Notes: generated from the sequence alone by a model not told the origin. Counted from the first letter of the stretch, positions 30,960-41,735 are shown. The stretch is 64,000 nt of DNA from Oligoflexales bacterium (GCA_045105515.1 JBGCDR010000040.1:53014-117013); one strand, 5' to 3'. Made by a program: numbers and translations.

Positions 30960-31583
30960 ATGAAAACAAAAAAGGGGTTAATTTATAAGGCTGCACTGAT
31001 TTTAGTTTCATGCATAAATGTCTTCAATCCACTCCATGCTTCGCAATTCAGACAGAATGAATATGAATCTAGAGAAAAGCTTCCTGCTTCTTGTACGATT
31101 ATATTGCTGCATATGAGTTTTATATTAGAGCATGATCTGATAAAAACTCAGCAAATTGCAGATGTCACAGCACAAAGGAATCAAGCTCAGATACGAGCAT
31201 GGATTTCAGAGCAGTTTTTTAGGCGAAAAAAAATATTTCTTAAGTACCTTAAAAGTCGACAAAGAATATCCCAAAAAGTGACTAAAACGAGGATAAGCTC
31301 AAAGCTCCATGAAACCTTTAATAGTAATAAGCATCAAAGAATGTGGAAAGACCTTAAACTTCAAGCCGAGAAATCAATGAGCACCTGCCACATTAAAAAG
31401 GAAAGACTTGTTTCTAAAGTGACTCAAGCATTGTTCCATAAAAATTATAAACTCGCTCTAAAATCACTTTTTCCTCACACTCATCTCATGCCTAGCACCC
31501 AACTATTATATGAATGGATCCAAAGGCTTTACGCTCGTTCGCAACGAAGCCCAGGAAAAGTCACCTTGGATCACCTCAAATAA
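30960..31583 (+). CDS. Hypothetical secreted protein
   Basis: Signal peptide ending LHA; basic helical protein. Confidence 0.55.
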   Translation: MKTKKGLIYKAALILVSCINVFNPLHASQFRQNEYESREKLPASCTIILLHMSFILEHDLIKTQQIADVTAQRNQAQIRAWISEQFFRRKKIFLKYLKSRQRISQKVTKTRISSKLHETFNSNKHQRMWKDLKLQAEKSMSTCHIKKERLVSKVTQALFHKNYKLALKSLFPHTHLMPSTQLLYEWIQRLYARSQRSPGKVTLDHLK

Positions 31584-31806
31584 ACCAATTAGCTAAATTT
31601 AGTTCAAAACAAAGTAAGCATCTGCTAGGATACGTAAATATTAGGAAGCTTACTCTACTGGCAGAATCGAGGTCGTGGCATGAAATTTTTAAGAAACCTT
31701 TTGACTAAAATTATGTTTTGGAAAAAACGAAGAACTGATAGAAATGGAATTCAAATGTCTTTATGGGGGAATATTTTGAACCCACCTCGCAGGCTATAAA
31801 AATAGT

Positions 31807-32010
31807 CTAAACTAACTCACCTGTTTTTCTTAATTGCTTTAGCCTTCTTTTCTGGGAAGCAATAGATTTTTTCTTTAATCTGATGGAAGGCTTCTCGTAA
31901 TGAGCCTTCTTCTTAAGATCTCCAATGATGCCAGATTTTTCCACTTGCTTCTTAAAAATCCGCAGTACTTTATCTAAGGGTTCGCCTGGTTTAAAAAAAA
32001 TCCCTGACAT
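31807..32010 (-). CDS. rpsU: 30S ribosomal protein S21
   Basis: GEPLDKVLRIFKKQVEKSGI..LKKKAHYEKPS; AGGAG RBS. Confidence 0.92.
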   Translation of the reverse strand: MSGIFFKPGEPLDKVLRIFKKQVEKSGIIGDLKKKAHYEKPSIRLKKKSIASQKRRLKQLRKTGELV

Positions 32011-32170
32011 AGCTAAGTCGCTCCTCTCAAAGCAAAAGATATTAACGCTAGTTTTTCCAAAGCATTAGCTCAAAAATCCCCTTGGTCGCAAGGAAGACGC
32101 GAGAGTATATAACTAAATGCAAAGAAAATAAATGGAATCTTGAGTCTAAGAATAAAATATTTACTATAGC

Positions 32171-34525
32171 TCAAGAGGGCGGTGGAACTGATATACGCCT
32201 ACGTTTTGCATATTCCTCAAACTCTTTTTTGTCGATTGCTTTGGCCCAGGCGTCCCAATAGCGAACTTTGTCATCGGCAACAAGTCGAGTCAAAGAATCT
32301 GCCATCAGGCAATTTCCATCCGCCTGCTGAGTTTGGATATGGTTGCCTATCATATGATTCTTGCTCTCTCTTATCATGGAGCCTACAGCATCATTGGGAA
32401 TTAAAATCTCGTAAGCTGCACAACGTCCACCTCCTTTCTTCTTGCACAAAGACTGAGCAATGACCCCTTTCATCGAAGTAGCCAACATATTGCGAATTAT
32501 GCGCTGTTGATCTGCTGGAAATTGGTCAATGATTCTGTCAACCGTCGAAATTGCAGTATTTGTATGTAAGGTTGCAAACACTAGGTGACCTGTTTCCGCA
32601 GTTTCTAAAGCTATCGCTGTTGTTTCCAAGTCCCTAAGCTCACCGACGAGGACAATATCAGGGTCTTCACGTAAGGCGGCCTTAAGTGCCGCTGAAAAGC
32701 TATCTGTGTGCTTTCCAACTTCCCTTTGATTTACAAGACACTTCTTTTGGGAATGCACAAACTCAATCGGATCTTCAATAGTGAGAATATGTTCTGACCT
32801 ATTGGAGTTTATCAGGTCAATCATAGCTGCAAGTGTCGTTGATTTTCCACTTCCTGTCGGGCCAGTAACCAATACTAGTCCTTTAGAAAGAGTACACAAC
32901 CTTCTTATCGAATCAGGTAGTTTCAATTGATCAGCACTTAATACCTGGTCAGGAATATGCCTCATAACTGAACCAATTCCATGATAATCTCTAAACACAT
33001 TAACCCTAAACCTTCCCAATTCACCTACTTCATATGCAAAGTCTACATCCCAAGTTTTGGCGAATTGACTCTGTTTAACCTTCGGCATGATAGGTAAAAT
33101 ATAAGACTTCATGGTGTCCGAATCTAGGTTCGGAGTCTTAGCTCTACAAATATCACCATCGATTCTGAAAATAACCGGTTGTCCAATAGTAAGATGCAGG
33201 TCACTTGCTCTATTATCGATCATACCTCTTAAAATTTGATCAATGGGATTGCTACCATCTCCTTTAGAAATCGTACCAGGGACCTCATTAGAAAAATCAA
33301 CTTCTATCGGCTTTTCAAACTCTGGCCTAGGAGCCATGACTGCCACAGGCTGGTGACTTACTTGGTAATTCGCTGGCGCTTGTTCGAGGGGTGCTGCTTG
33401 ATTTGGAAGAGGCTGAGTGTTTACAGATTGCTTCATGTGTAGCAGATTAGCTTCACTCTCAAGCTGCTCTTCTTGAATTCCTGCACCCTGAGAACCATGC
33501 TCTTGACCTATTGCAAAACCCGAAGAGTTTTCCATTGCGGCACCATTAAACCCTCCTTGTTCAGAAGTTTCACTATCAGCCGCTGCAACAGGGTGATTCA
33601 TTTGATTTCCGCCAAATAGATCTTCTTGGGAATTAGCTGGATTTGCAATAGTCTGTGCTTCCTTTGATCCAAACATGTCAGCTCCACCATAAGAAAATCC
33701 CGAATCTTCTGAACTTGGACTCATGGTAGTCGTCTCTTGCCCTGCTGGCTGGGACGAGGGAAAAGTTCCGGAACCCATGCTTGAATCATGGGTACTCTGC
33801 AAGCTCGGTTCTCCTACATCTTGGCCCTGGTCGGGATTTTGAAATGGATCGAAGCCAGAACTACCACTTGGGACTGGCGGTTTGAGATTTAACGCCTTCC
33901 CTTGCTCGCTCTGATTGTCTAAATACTCTGTTCCTTGTAATGAAAAGCCATCTGGACTTGGTGGAGGTTGTACAGCATTTTCATTGGCACCAGGGCGGTC
34001 TGGAGCACCAGCTGTAAATTGCATAGATGACCCTTGCCCACCTTCAGGTGAAGGCGGCACTTGTGGATTATTGCTTACTCCAAGCGATCCTGGCTGAGGG
34101 ATACCAATGGGTTCGGATTGTTTAGTGTTAGTCATTGGGGGTGGAGGTGGCGGAGAAGGGGCTTGAGGAGCAGAAGGCTGCTGATGTAATTTATCCCAAA
34201 AATCTTTGCACCTTGACTCACCATCTGGAGGCATAAATAACCATATCGAATTCTCAGGCTTAACCCTTGCTATCATTGCAACCTTGCCTATGCCTTGCAA
34301 GCTAAAGCCTCCAACACATGTTTCACCAGCTTCTATCTGTTGATAATTTTTTGGAAACAATGCCTTGAAGAGCCCTTTTACCCAATCGCCCTTTAGTGTC
34401 GCATATTTTTGTTGTTGGCTCTCACCTTGACTACTGATAAAGCAAACAAACTTACCTTCAACCAAGTTAACCATTTGGCACTTGGACTGCAATGCTTCGC
34501 GCAAAATTGCTTTGAACATCTCCAT
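32171..34525 (-). CDS. pilT: Type IV pilus retraction ATPase PilT with long N-terminal extension
   Basis: ASDLHL, GRFRVNVF, Walker A GPTGSGKST, TIEDPIE, ALREDPDIVLVGE, His box HLVFATLHT; about 425 extra N-terminal residues. Confidence 0.88.
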   Translation of the reverse strand: MEMFKAILREALQSKCQMVNLVEGKFVCFISSQGESQQQKYATLKGDWVKGLFKALFPKNYQQIEAGETCVGGFSLQGIGKVAMIARVKPENSIWLFMPPDGESRCKDFWDKLHQQPSAPQAPSPPPPPPMTNTKQSEPIGIPQPGSLGVSNNPQVPPSPEGGQGSSMQFTAGAPDRPGANENAVQPPPSPDGFSLQGTEYLDNQSEQGKALNLKPPVPSGSSGFDPFQNPDQGQDVGEPSLQSTHDSSMGSGTFPSSQPAGQETTTMSPSSEDSGFSYGGADMFGSKEAQTIANPANSQEDLFGGNQMNHPVAAADSETSEQGGFNGAAMENSSGFAIGQEHGSQGAGIQEEQLESEANLLHMKQSVNTQPLPNQAAPLEQAPANYQVSHQPVAVMAPRPEFEKPIEVDFSNEVPGTISKGDGSNPIDQILRGMIDNRASDLHLTIGQPVIFRIDGDICRAKTPNLDSDTMKSYILPIMPKVKQSQFAKTWDVDFAYEVGELGRFRVNVFRDYHGIGSVMRHIPDQVLSADQLKLPDSIRRLCTLSKGLVLVTGPTGSGKSTTLAAMIDLINSNRSEHILTIEDPIEFVHSQKKCLVNQREVGKHTDSFSAALKAALREDPDIVLVGELRDLETTAIALETAETGHLVFATLHTNTAISTVDRIIDQFPADQQRIIRNMLATSMKGVIAQSLCKKKGGGRCAAYEILIPNDAVGSMIRESKNHMIGNHIQTQQADGNCLMADSLTRLVADDKVRYWDAWAKAIDKKEFEEYAKRRRISVPPPS

Positions 34526-34565
34526 GATTTACATAATCCCAGACATTTCTGTTTAGTTGATTGTG

Positions 34566-34592
34566 GTATCGGATGATTGCTCATTTTTTTTA
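34566..34592 (-). promoter_or_regulatory. Putative sigma28-type promoter for pilT (TAAAA-N14-TCCGATAC)
   Basis: 40 bp upstream of the pilT start. Confidence 0.45.
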
Positions 34593-35178
34593 AAGTAGAG
34601 TCTTTTTATAGATGATATGGTCTAATGCTACAGTTAAAAATTATGGGATTAAAAGTAAATATAATCATATATTGGGAGTCACAGAGAGTCTCATGGAAGA
34701 TATCGAAGGGGTGTTCGAAAAGTTCATGAAAAAGTAAGTATTATTCTCTTCATACCATTGCTCTAAAACCCGGCATTGACCATACATCAACAAACATCTT
34801 GCTGTTCAAGGAACGACTGTTGAGACCATTAAAAGAACAAAAAGGGAACACGGCCTAGCTGCTGTAGTAAAAATGCTAAAACATAAGGTTTACATAGGAA
34901 ACGATACAATAAAGTAAGATATAGTACATATGGTTGGAATCCAGCAAATACTGATCTCATCTTGAATCGAATTAAATTCGCGACTGATTAAAATGCAATT
35001 TAACAGGTTAAAATTAACAATAGATCATCTTCTTGACTATGACTAAGCTAAAACTTTATTAGAAATCTTTTCTTAATATAAGTAGAACAGTTTTCCTGTG
35101 TAAAACTAGCTTCACTCCATCCAAGAGGTGGTATCAGAAATAAAAATGCCCTATTACTTTCCGAAATTAAATCAAGCA

Positions 35179-35194
35179 TGGCATAAGACTTGCA
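35179..35194 (+). promoter_or_regulatory. Putative sigma54 (-24/-12) promoter TGGCATAAGACTTGCA
   Basis: Exact GG-N10-GC spacing with TGGCA and TTGCA boxes, upstream of the ORF at 35236. Confidence 0.65.
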
Positions 35195-35235
35195 TATTTT
35201 CGGAAACTTAATGACCAGGGCTTTATGAGGTTCGT

Positions 35236-35586
35236 ATGCGTTCAAAGAAGATAATTTTGACTAAGACTAATCCCATGGATGAGGGTATTAAGCGTGAACA
35301 ACAACACGGCAGCATTGGTGGTTTTTTACAAAATATGCTTTCACCGTACCAAAAATACATATTGAGCCCTCTCATGAAGGATTTTGTTGCCTCGAGAATT
35401 AGACAGTTAGAATCTAAAATTATGATTCAACAATCTATATTAGATGGCTTAGATTTTGATCAAGAAGATGCAGTAGACTTATACATTTACAGAAAGATTT
35501 CTGAAACTGAAGCTCGCATTAAACAACTTTCGCTATTAAAACAGCAAGCCGAATCCGATCTACGCAATTTTAATATTTTTTCGTAG
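35236..35586 (+). CDS. Hypothetical coiled-coil protein
   Basis: GAGG RBS; heptad-like C-terminus; alternative start at 35275. Confidence 0.6.
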   Translation: MRSKKIILTKTNPMDEGIKREQQHGSIGGFLQNMLSPYQKYILSPLMKDFVASRIRQLESKIMIQQSILDGLDFDQEDAVDLYIYRKISETEARIKQLSLLKQQAESDLRNFNIFS

Positions 35587-35621
35587 AAATTTGCATTTCA
35601 TTTTTTCGATAAAAATGCATT

Positions 35622-36866
35622 CTAGAGAGACAATTCCTGAATAGTTTGAAAGAACTGACTTGCTAGAGCTTTGTCAGAATACTTTTCAAAGTTCTTTTGA
35701 ATCATTCTTTTTTTATGTTCATGCAAGCCAAGACCTGCATGGGCATGTTCTACGGCAATACCAAGCTCAGCTAAGTTACCCTCTGAAAAAATATAGTCTG
35801 GATGATCTACAACTACTGGAATTTCACCAGAATCTGAGCCAACAACACTGCATCCGCAGGCTTTTGCTTCGACAATAATCCGTCCAAATTGTTCTTTCCA
35901 ATGTTTTTTTGTTTTACTAGGCACTACCAAAATATCACATAAACTAAAAAAATTTGGCATTTTATCCGCTGGCAAAGGTCCAAAAAAATAAGTGAGCAAT
36001 CCTAAGTCCATGAGCTCTTCCAAAGATTTTTTAAGTTCCGACTCTAGTGGCCCATAGCCGCAAACAACAAATGCGTACTGATCTTTAAGTTTCTCATGAT
36101 TAATCTTTAAGAAATTAAGCAAATCTATTATGCCTTTTTCTTCTTTCAAAGCACCTGAAAATCCTAGCACTTTCCGACCTTTTAAAATACTTAAATCTAG
36201 ATCTGAAAATACCTTAACACATTCAGAGTATGGACGAGGCCTAAACAAGTCACTATTAAACCAAAGAGGAAAGGAAAAAAACGGGCCCTTATAGCCACTT
36301 CTACGAATAACACCTTCGTGCTCATCTCCTAATGCAAAAATTCCATCACAGCGTTTAAGTACAAAACCTTGAATAGCTTTTATCGGCCATGCAAAGTCCT
36401 TATAAATATTTTGAGTCGCAATACAAAAAAACTTAAACTGATTTCTTTTTACGAAAAATGCAGTTAACCAAACCAATAAGCTCGTTACAGAATAGGGTTC
36501 AGCCATACAGAAAATTATGTTCTCTCCTTTTTTATTTGATCTTAGAAACTGCTTTATAGTTTTCCCCAAACCCCGAAAAAGCACCGTTTGAACATGAAAC
36601 CTTTTCGCTTTGAGCACTTTTCCCATTCTATTTAGGCCATGGTTTGTATAGGGGTACTGAAACTTCTCACACGATTTTAATTGACCACCCAGTTCAATAA
36701 ACTGATGGGGTGCAACAATGCCAAGCGCTACGTCAGTACTACGTTCTGACCTAGAAACCACGTGTGCAAGTTGATAGAAAAAACTTCTATAGGCTGCCAC
36801 CACCATTGCTTGTGAAATACTAAGCAGGTGAATTTTCTTATCTTTTTTATAATTACCGATTTCCAT
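35622..36866 (-). CDS. Glycosyltransferase family 4
   Basis: FSGALKEEKG, DILVVPSKT...WKEQFGRIIVEAKACG..VVGSDSGEIP. Confidence 0.88.
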   Translation of the reverse strand: MEIGNYKKDKKIHLLSISQAMVVAAYRSFFYQLAHVVSRSERSTDVALGIVAPHQFIELGGQLKSCEKFQYPYTNHGLNRMGKVLKAKRFHVQTVLFRGLGKTIKQFLRSNKKGENIIFCMAEPYSVTSLLVWLTAFFVKRNQFKFFCIATQNIYKDFAWPIKAIQGFVLKRCDGIFALGDEHEGVIRRSGYKGPFFSFPLWFNSDLFRPRPYSECVKVFSDLDLSILKGRKVLGFSGALKEEKGIIDLLNFLKINHEKLKDQYAFVVCGYGPLESELKKSLEELMDLGLLTYFFGPLPADKMPNFFSLCDILVVPSKTKKHWKEQFGRIIVEAKACGCSVVGSDSGEIPVVVDHPDYIFSEGNLAELGIAVEHAHAGLGLHEHKKRMIQKNFEKYSDKALASQFFQTIQELSL

Positions 36867-37053
36867 AAAATCCTTTAAGGGGCTTTTCTATTTGATTGGT
36901 TTTCCACATAGCATAATGAGATCGAAACCCATCAGACATATCATAATAAGGAGACACTTGACATTAAATTTGACATCGGTTACACAATCGATCCAACCAA
37001 AGCTGTCATAGGGTGTAACTACTCAGTTTCTAGTTACTATTAGAGGGTTCTTC

Positions 37054-37398
37054 ATGAAGGTGTTTTTTTCGATGTGTATACTGTCCGTCGTAGTATGTAC
37101 CTTAATACAGAGGGCTTATGCTGAAATGACCCACCAGTTCGCTAAGGAAAAAAATTGGCAAGAAGCTTTAGCCATGATAGCTGAGGGTCATGACCCAAAC
37201 GAAATTTGCGAAGATGGTTCAACCCTCATCTCAATAGCCTGCGACCAAAAAAATTGGACTGCCTTGAAAACCCTGATAACCAATCCCGATACCAGACTTC
37301 CAAAAGGAATGGAAACAGTAGATGCTGTAAGAATGAATGATTCAAATCTCAAAAGTATCTGCGATGGGATTGGGCCAGTAGACAAAATTTGCTTTTGA
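37054..37398 (+). CDS. Small secreted ankyrin-repeat-like protein
   Basis: Signal peptide (AYA); 'GHDPNEICEDGSTLISIAC...ALKTLI'. Confidence 0.55.
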   Translation: MKVFFSMCILSVVVCTLIQRAYAEMTHQFAKEKNWQEALAMIAEGHDPNEICEDGSTLISIACDQKNWTALKTLITNPDTRLPKGMETVDAVRMNDSNLKSICDGIGPVDKICF

Positions 37399-37437
37399 GA
37401 ATTAGTTAGAGAATTGTATTTGCCTGCAATTGGAAAC

Positions 37438-38493
37438 CTAGTCGTTAACATACCCGACACTAGTAAATACAAATCCAACATTTAACTCAGAAGCCCGATC
37501 AAAAGATAGAGGCTCTGAGGAACCGGAGCTAAATTCACCGCCTTGGATTCGATCACTCAGATCTTTAATATCACTATCTGATATTCCACTAGTTTTAACA
37601 TTTGCAAGCTGTATTTCATTGATGATTTCCATAGCTGCTTTTTTAGCAAGATATTTAGATGGAGCCTTATCAACATACTCACGCAAATACTCTATGCTCT
37701 TTCGATAGTCTTTACGTCTATATTCCAACACTGCTCGATTAAAGTATAGGGTATGTTGGTCTGGATTTTTTTTGAGAACCAAATCATAAAGATCTTCTGC
37801 CCTAGCATAATTTCCAATACCTGCGTAGCAGATCCCAAGATGTAACTGAGCAATGTCATTACCTGGAAGAAGTTTCAAAATAGCCTTAAAGTGAGTTATT
37901 GCTAATCGATATTCTTGGTGCTTCAAATAAATCAGTCCAAGGTTCATATGCGAAGAAGGATACCTACGATTAATCTTTAGCGATTGTTTAAGATAATCAA
38001 TACTTTCTTGATCTTTCCCTTGTCTTAAAGCCACACCAGCAAGCAAGTTTAAAACTTCAGTTTTTGCACTAACAGACATTCTTTGAAGTTTTCCTAAGCT
38101 ATTCAATATAAGCTTAGACTTTTCATTGAATCCTTTGATAAAGGCTACATTAGCTAAAATAATTTTAGCTTGTAAATTTCGATACTGATACTTTTCTACC
38201 CGTTTTGCCTGAATTTCTGCTTGTCCAGTCTTACCCTGAATCAAATACAAACGCCCAAGCGTAAGCCTGAAACGTAATTCTTTTGGATTTTTTCGAATCA
38301 AACCTTTTAACTTATCAATAGCATCTTCAACTGAACCTTGTTGCATAGCATACTTAAGTGCAATACGTGATTCGTCGCTAGCAAAAACATCAAGTTTTTT
38401 ACCTTCTGATGATTGAAACCATGATGTAGTCGAACAACTACTGAGAAGAAAAATTATCAATAATACAGGAAAGCTTAAAAGCTTGTTCATCAA
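37438..38493 (-). CDS. TPR lipoprotein (GltE/AglT-like)
   Basis: Lipobox LSSC; tandem TPRs (SHMNLGLIYL, AQLHLGICY, LYFNRAVL); directly downstream of a ~1000-aa TPR gene. Confidence 0.65.
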   Translation of the reverse strand: MMNKLLSFPVLLIIFLLSSCSTTSWFQSSEGKKLDVFASDESRIALKYAMQQGSVEDAIDKLKGLIRKNPKELRFRLTLGRLYLIQGKTGQAEIQAKRVEKYQYRNLQAKIILANVAFIKGFNEKSKLILNSLGKLQRMSVSAKTEVLNLLAGVALRQGKDQESIDYLKQSLKINRRYPSSHMNLGLIYLKHQEYRLAITHFKAILKLLPGNDIAQLHLGICYAGIGNYARAEDLYDLVLKKNPDQHTLYFNRAVLEYRRKDYRKSIEYLREYVDKAPSKYLAKKAAMEIINEIQLANVKTSGISDSDIKDLSDRIQGGEFSSGSSEPLSFDRASELNVGFVFTSVGYVND

Positions 38494-38498
38494 TTTGC

Positions 38499-41400
38499 CT
38501 ATTTTGCCTGAGCAGGGGACATGACCCCTTCTTTTAAAGATTTATACTTACTCGGAAGCAACTCTGATAGCTTTGCTAGAGACTTATTGCGATAGTTTGT
38601 AAACACTTTGTTTTGCCTTGCGAATTCATATGCATTTTGAAAGGACTTCAATAATTTGTCTCGCAAAGATATAGTAATTCGTTCCTTTGCGTTTAAAATA
38701 TCCCTAGCCTCCTCATCTCTGAGTCCATCCATATTCCATTTCTTGACAAATGAGCTCATGGCCTGCTCATATACAGTTCCAAGTTTATAATACGCCTCAG
38801 TAAGTCCTTCCACACTGGCTATATTAATCAAACGTGCAAAAAATGCTTCCAATTTGGCAATATGCTGCATATAGCTTTGAATTGAACTCTGATACTCATT
38901 GAAATCATAGTAAGCTACTTTCTGCTGTGAAAAATCTAAGACAAGTGCATTAGTAATGTCTAAGTAGAATTTCGTAAGAGCCTCCCTTGCTTTTTCTGCA
39001 AATTTTCGCGGTTTAGATTTTAAATTAGCCTCTAATTGTAGTAGTTGTGGGTTATTGGCACTTGAAGGTATGTTTGGAGTTGTCAAAACTGTTACCTGAG
39101 CAAGCGCAAACAAAGTTGTTTCGGCACTAAGCTTTCTGTATTTATTTAGATAATTTTGATAAGCGCTCGCAGCTTTATTAAACTGATCAAGTTTGAGATG
39201 TATTTCAGCTGTCTCAAGCAATGCTTTTGGAGCAAAATTAGAGTTTGGGTACTTAGAACTAATATTTGATAAAAGCAAAGAACTTCTATCAAGATTGTTC
39301 AAACCTTTATAAATTTGCCCAGCTTGATATAGGACCTGCGGCGACCGTTTATCCGTAGGATATCTTATCGAAAATTTTTCATATGATTCAGCTGCTGCAC
39401 GATACTGATTCAAGCTCTGGAATGCCCTACCAATTGCAAATAGGGTGTTAGCACCAAAACCTGATTTTGGATATGTTGACAAAAGAGACTGGCCAACTAA
39501 TATACCTTTTTTTCCATTACCAAGCGAGAAATAAAGAGTCATGGCATTGAATAATGCCTTGTCTGCAACCTTATCAGTTGGCAATCTCTTCTGATAAGCT
39601 ATGAATGCCTCTGCCGCTTTCTCATATTTTTTTGCAGCCTGATATGCAAGGGCAATCTGCCACATTCCTTTCTTAAGCTTTTCAATAATAAATACAGCAA
39701 TCTCTCTACCTAGTTGCTGCTCAAATTTAATAAATTTTTCACTCCAAGCTGTTAGTCCAAACCAATCACGATTAACATCAAAAAAAGATAAAACGATCTT
39801 CACTGTGGTCTTACTTTCAGGACTTGTTGGACCAAGCCTCACCGTATCCTGAAAGCGAGCCAAAGCTTTTTTGTAGTGACCATAGTCAAACATTATTTTT
39901 GCTGCGTTAAACCTTAAGCTTGAACTTTTTTTATTATTTGGAAAAAATACCAAATACGTATCAGTTACATCTATAAGAATTTGTTTTTGACGTGGTATTT
40001 TTATGGACTTTTTTAGCGAACCTGGCTTTGGAATTTTGGGAAACTTAGTCTTCTTAACTAAATTTGTTTGCAAAGTGATCATTTTTTCAGCTGAATAGTT
40101 TCTTTGCTCTGCATTACTCTTTTTAAATTTTGCTACGATATGATACTGCAATACAGCATCTTCAATCTTACCTAGTTTTTCTAAAGTAATCGCATAATTA
40201 AAACGAATATTTGGAATTTCAAGACCATTCGGAAATAAGAAAATATAGAGTGCATATAAAATATTTGTAGCTTTTAAGTAATCAATTTTTTGAGATGTGT
40301 TATATATTCGATAATAGTGTGAACTTTTCTCAACAATTAGTTGGTGAGTTTTAATCCTTGCCTGCTTTTGTAATTTAATATTAGATCTGTTGGTCTTTAA
40401 CCAACCTCCATTTTTATCTGACAAGGTTTTTGCAAGATCTTGTACTTCGGTTACAACATCTATAGGTCTATCATTCTTAAATAAGAGTTCTATTAATCGT
40501 AGCTGCAATCGTATTTGATTTTTTCTTCCAGGTGCCTTCTTAAATAGGATATGGTAAAAACTCGCAGCTTTTTGCGGATTATTTGCTAGCTCAAATTTCC
40601 ATCCAAGTCGCTCGACCGTGTTGAAATAAGCTTCCTTGTTGCTAGTAACATTAAGAAAAAAGGTGCTAGCTGACTTAAAATTGAAGGATTCTGACCAAAG
40701 CCATATGAGATCATTTGTAGAATTACGTTTAAGTAATTTATATGCAGCTGATCTTTGAAGGGCCGAGGAGCCTAGACCAGACTTTGAAGCAATCTTTCTA
40801 ACAAGAGCTTCCATTTTCCTGACTTTGTCCCGATTTATTTTACCGCCAAGAAATGCTTCCATTCCAAAGACCCAGCCTAATTTATATTGAGCCCACTGAG
40901 CAATTCCAACCACTCCAGTTTTCATCGCTTGGGAATAAAATTGTTTTGCTTTGATGAAGTTCCTCTTGGCAAAGAAATATTCACCAAGACCAAGCATAGA
41001 TTTTTTTGCCCAAACACTTTTACCAAATTGCTTAATAATCTTCTCAAAATAGAGCGAAGCATTTGGGTTAGCAACCAAGAGCTGTAAGTTAGCCATTTGA
41101 TACAAGAGCTCTGGGTCATTATTAAATTTCGGAAAACCATTGAAAAGATCGCGATAGGCTTGAATAGCTTTACGGGCATAATTTTGGCTAGTTGTAAGTT
41201 CAGCTTCTGGCTGTTCACCTCTCACATCTGATTCCAAGTCTAACCAGGCATCATATTTTTTTCTATATATATTTATTGCTTTTTCTCTTTCTTTAACAGT
41301 ATTTTGCACATAGAGCTGAGTAAGTCGAATCATCAACCCAGCTCGTGTTGCCTTGCTGATATTAGATTGATTAAGAAGCTTTTTAATGGTGGCAAGCGTT

Positions 41401-41627
41401 TTGTCGCTTTCAATAACTCTATACTTCTTTCCTTCACCAGTGAAAAAATCAAGCAAGTATATAAAATCATGATAATCTTCTTGTTGAGGAGCTTTCCAGT
41501 CATTGGTAATTCGTTCTGCGATCCTGCCTGAAGATTCTGCGATGAGATAATCTGCTGATAAGGTATTTAACAACAAGCTCAGGAAGATAAAAGCAAGTAT
41601 TTTAACTGGTGATTTAACAACTAACAT
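38499..41627 (-). CDS. Large exported TPR protein (GltD/AgmU-like gliding-motility family)
   Basis: Signal peptide; many 'yP.s..a..al' TPRs; 'LGEYFF', 'YKLGW'. Confidence 0.65.
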   Translation of the reverse strand: MLVVKSPVKILAFIFLSLLLNTLSADYLIAESSGRIAERITNDWKAPQQEDYHDFIYLLDFFTGEGKKYRVIESDKTLATIKKLLNQSNISKATRAGLMIRLTQLYVQNTVKEREKAINIYRKKYDAWLDLESDVRGEQPEAELTTSQNYARKAIQAYRDLFNGFPKFNNDPELLYQMANLQLLVANPNASLYFEKIIKQFGKSVWAKKSMLGLGEYFFAKRNFIKAKQFYSQAMKTGVVGIAQWAQYKLGWVFGMEAFLGGKINRDKVRKMEALVRKIASKSGLGSSALQRSAAYKLLKRNSTNDLIWLWSESFNFKSASTFFLNVTSNKEAYFNTVERLGWKFELANNPQKAASFYHILFKKAPGRKNQIRLQLRLIELLFKNDRPIDVVTEVQDLAKTLSDKNGGWLKTNRSNIKLQKQARIKTHQLIVEKSSHYYRIYNTSQKIDYLKATNILYALYIFLFPNGLEIPNIRFNYAITLEKLGKIEDAVLQYHIVAKFKKSNAEQRNYSAEKMITLQTNLVKKTKFPKIPKPGSLKKSIKIPRQKQILIDVTDTYLVFFPNNKKSSSLRFNAAKIMFDYGHYKKALARFQDTVRLGPTSPESKTTVKIVLSFFDVNRDWFGLTAWSEKFIKFEQQLGREIAVFIIEKLKKGMWQIALAYQAAKKYEKAAEAFIAYQKRLPTDKVADKALFNAMTLYFSLGNGKKGILVGQSLLSTYPKSGFGANTLFAIGRAFQSLNQYRAAAESYEKFSIRYPTDKRSPQVLYQAGQIYKGLNNLDRSSLLLSNISSKYPNSNFAPKALLETAEIHLKLDQFNKAASAYQNYLNKYRKLSAETTLFALAQVTVLTTPNIPSSANNPQLLQLEANLKSKPRKFAEKAREALTKFYLDITNALVLDFSQQKVAYYDFNEYQSSIQSYMQHIAKLEAFFARLINIASVEGLTEAYYKLGTVYEQAMSSFVKKWNMDGLRDEEARDILNAKERITISLRDKLLKSFQNAYEFARQNKVFTNYRNKSLAKLSELLPSKYKSLKEGVMSPAQAK

Positions 41628-41707
41628 ACGATAACTTAACCTCTAATCCTTTTTCAACATAAGTTACTACTGAAAAAGCAAGCCCTGTTTATTTGGCTGC
41701 GATGGTT

Positions 41708-41735
41708 GTTTCGGAGAAATTATTTCAAAACCTTA
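41708..41735 (-). promoter_or_regulatory. Putative sigma28-type promoter (TAAGG-N15-TCCGAAAC)
   Basis: 80 bp upstream of the large TPR gene. Confidence 0.4.
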
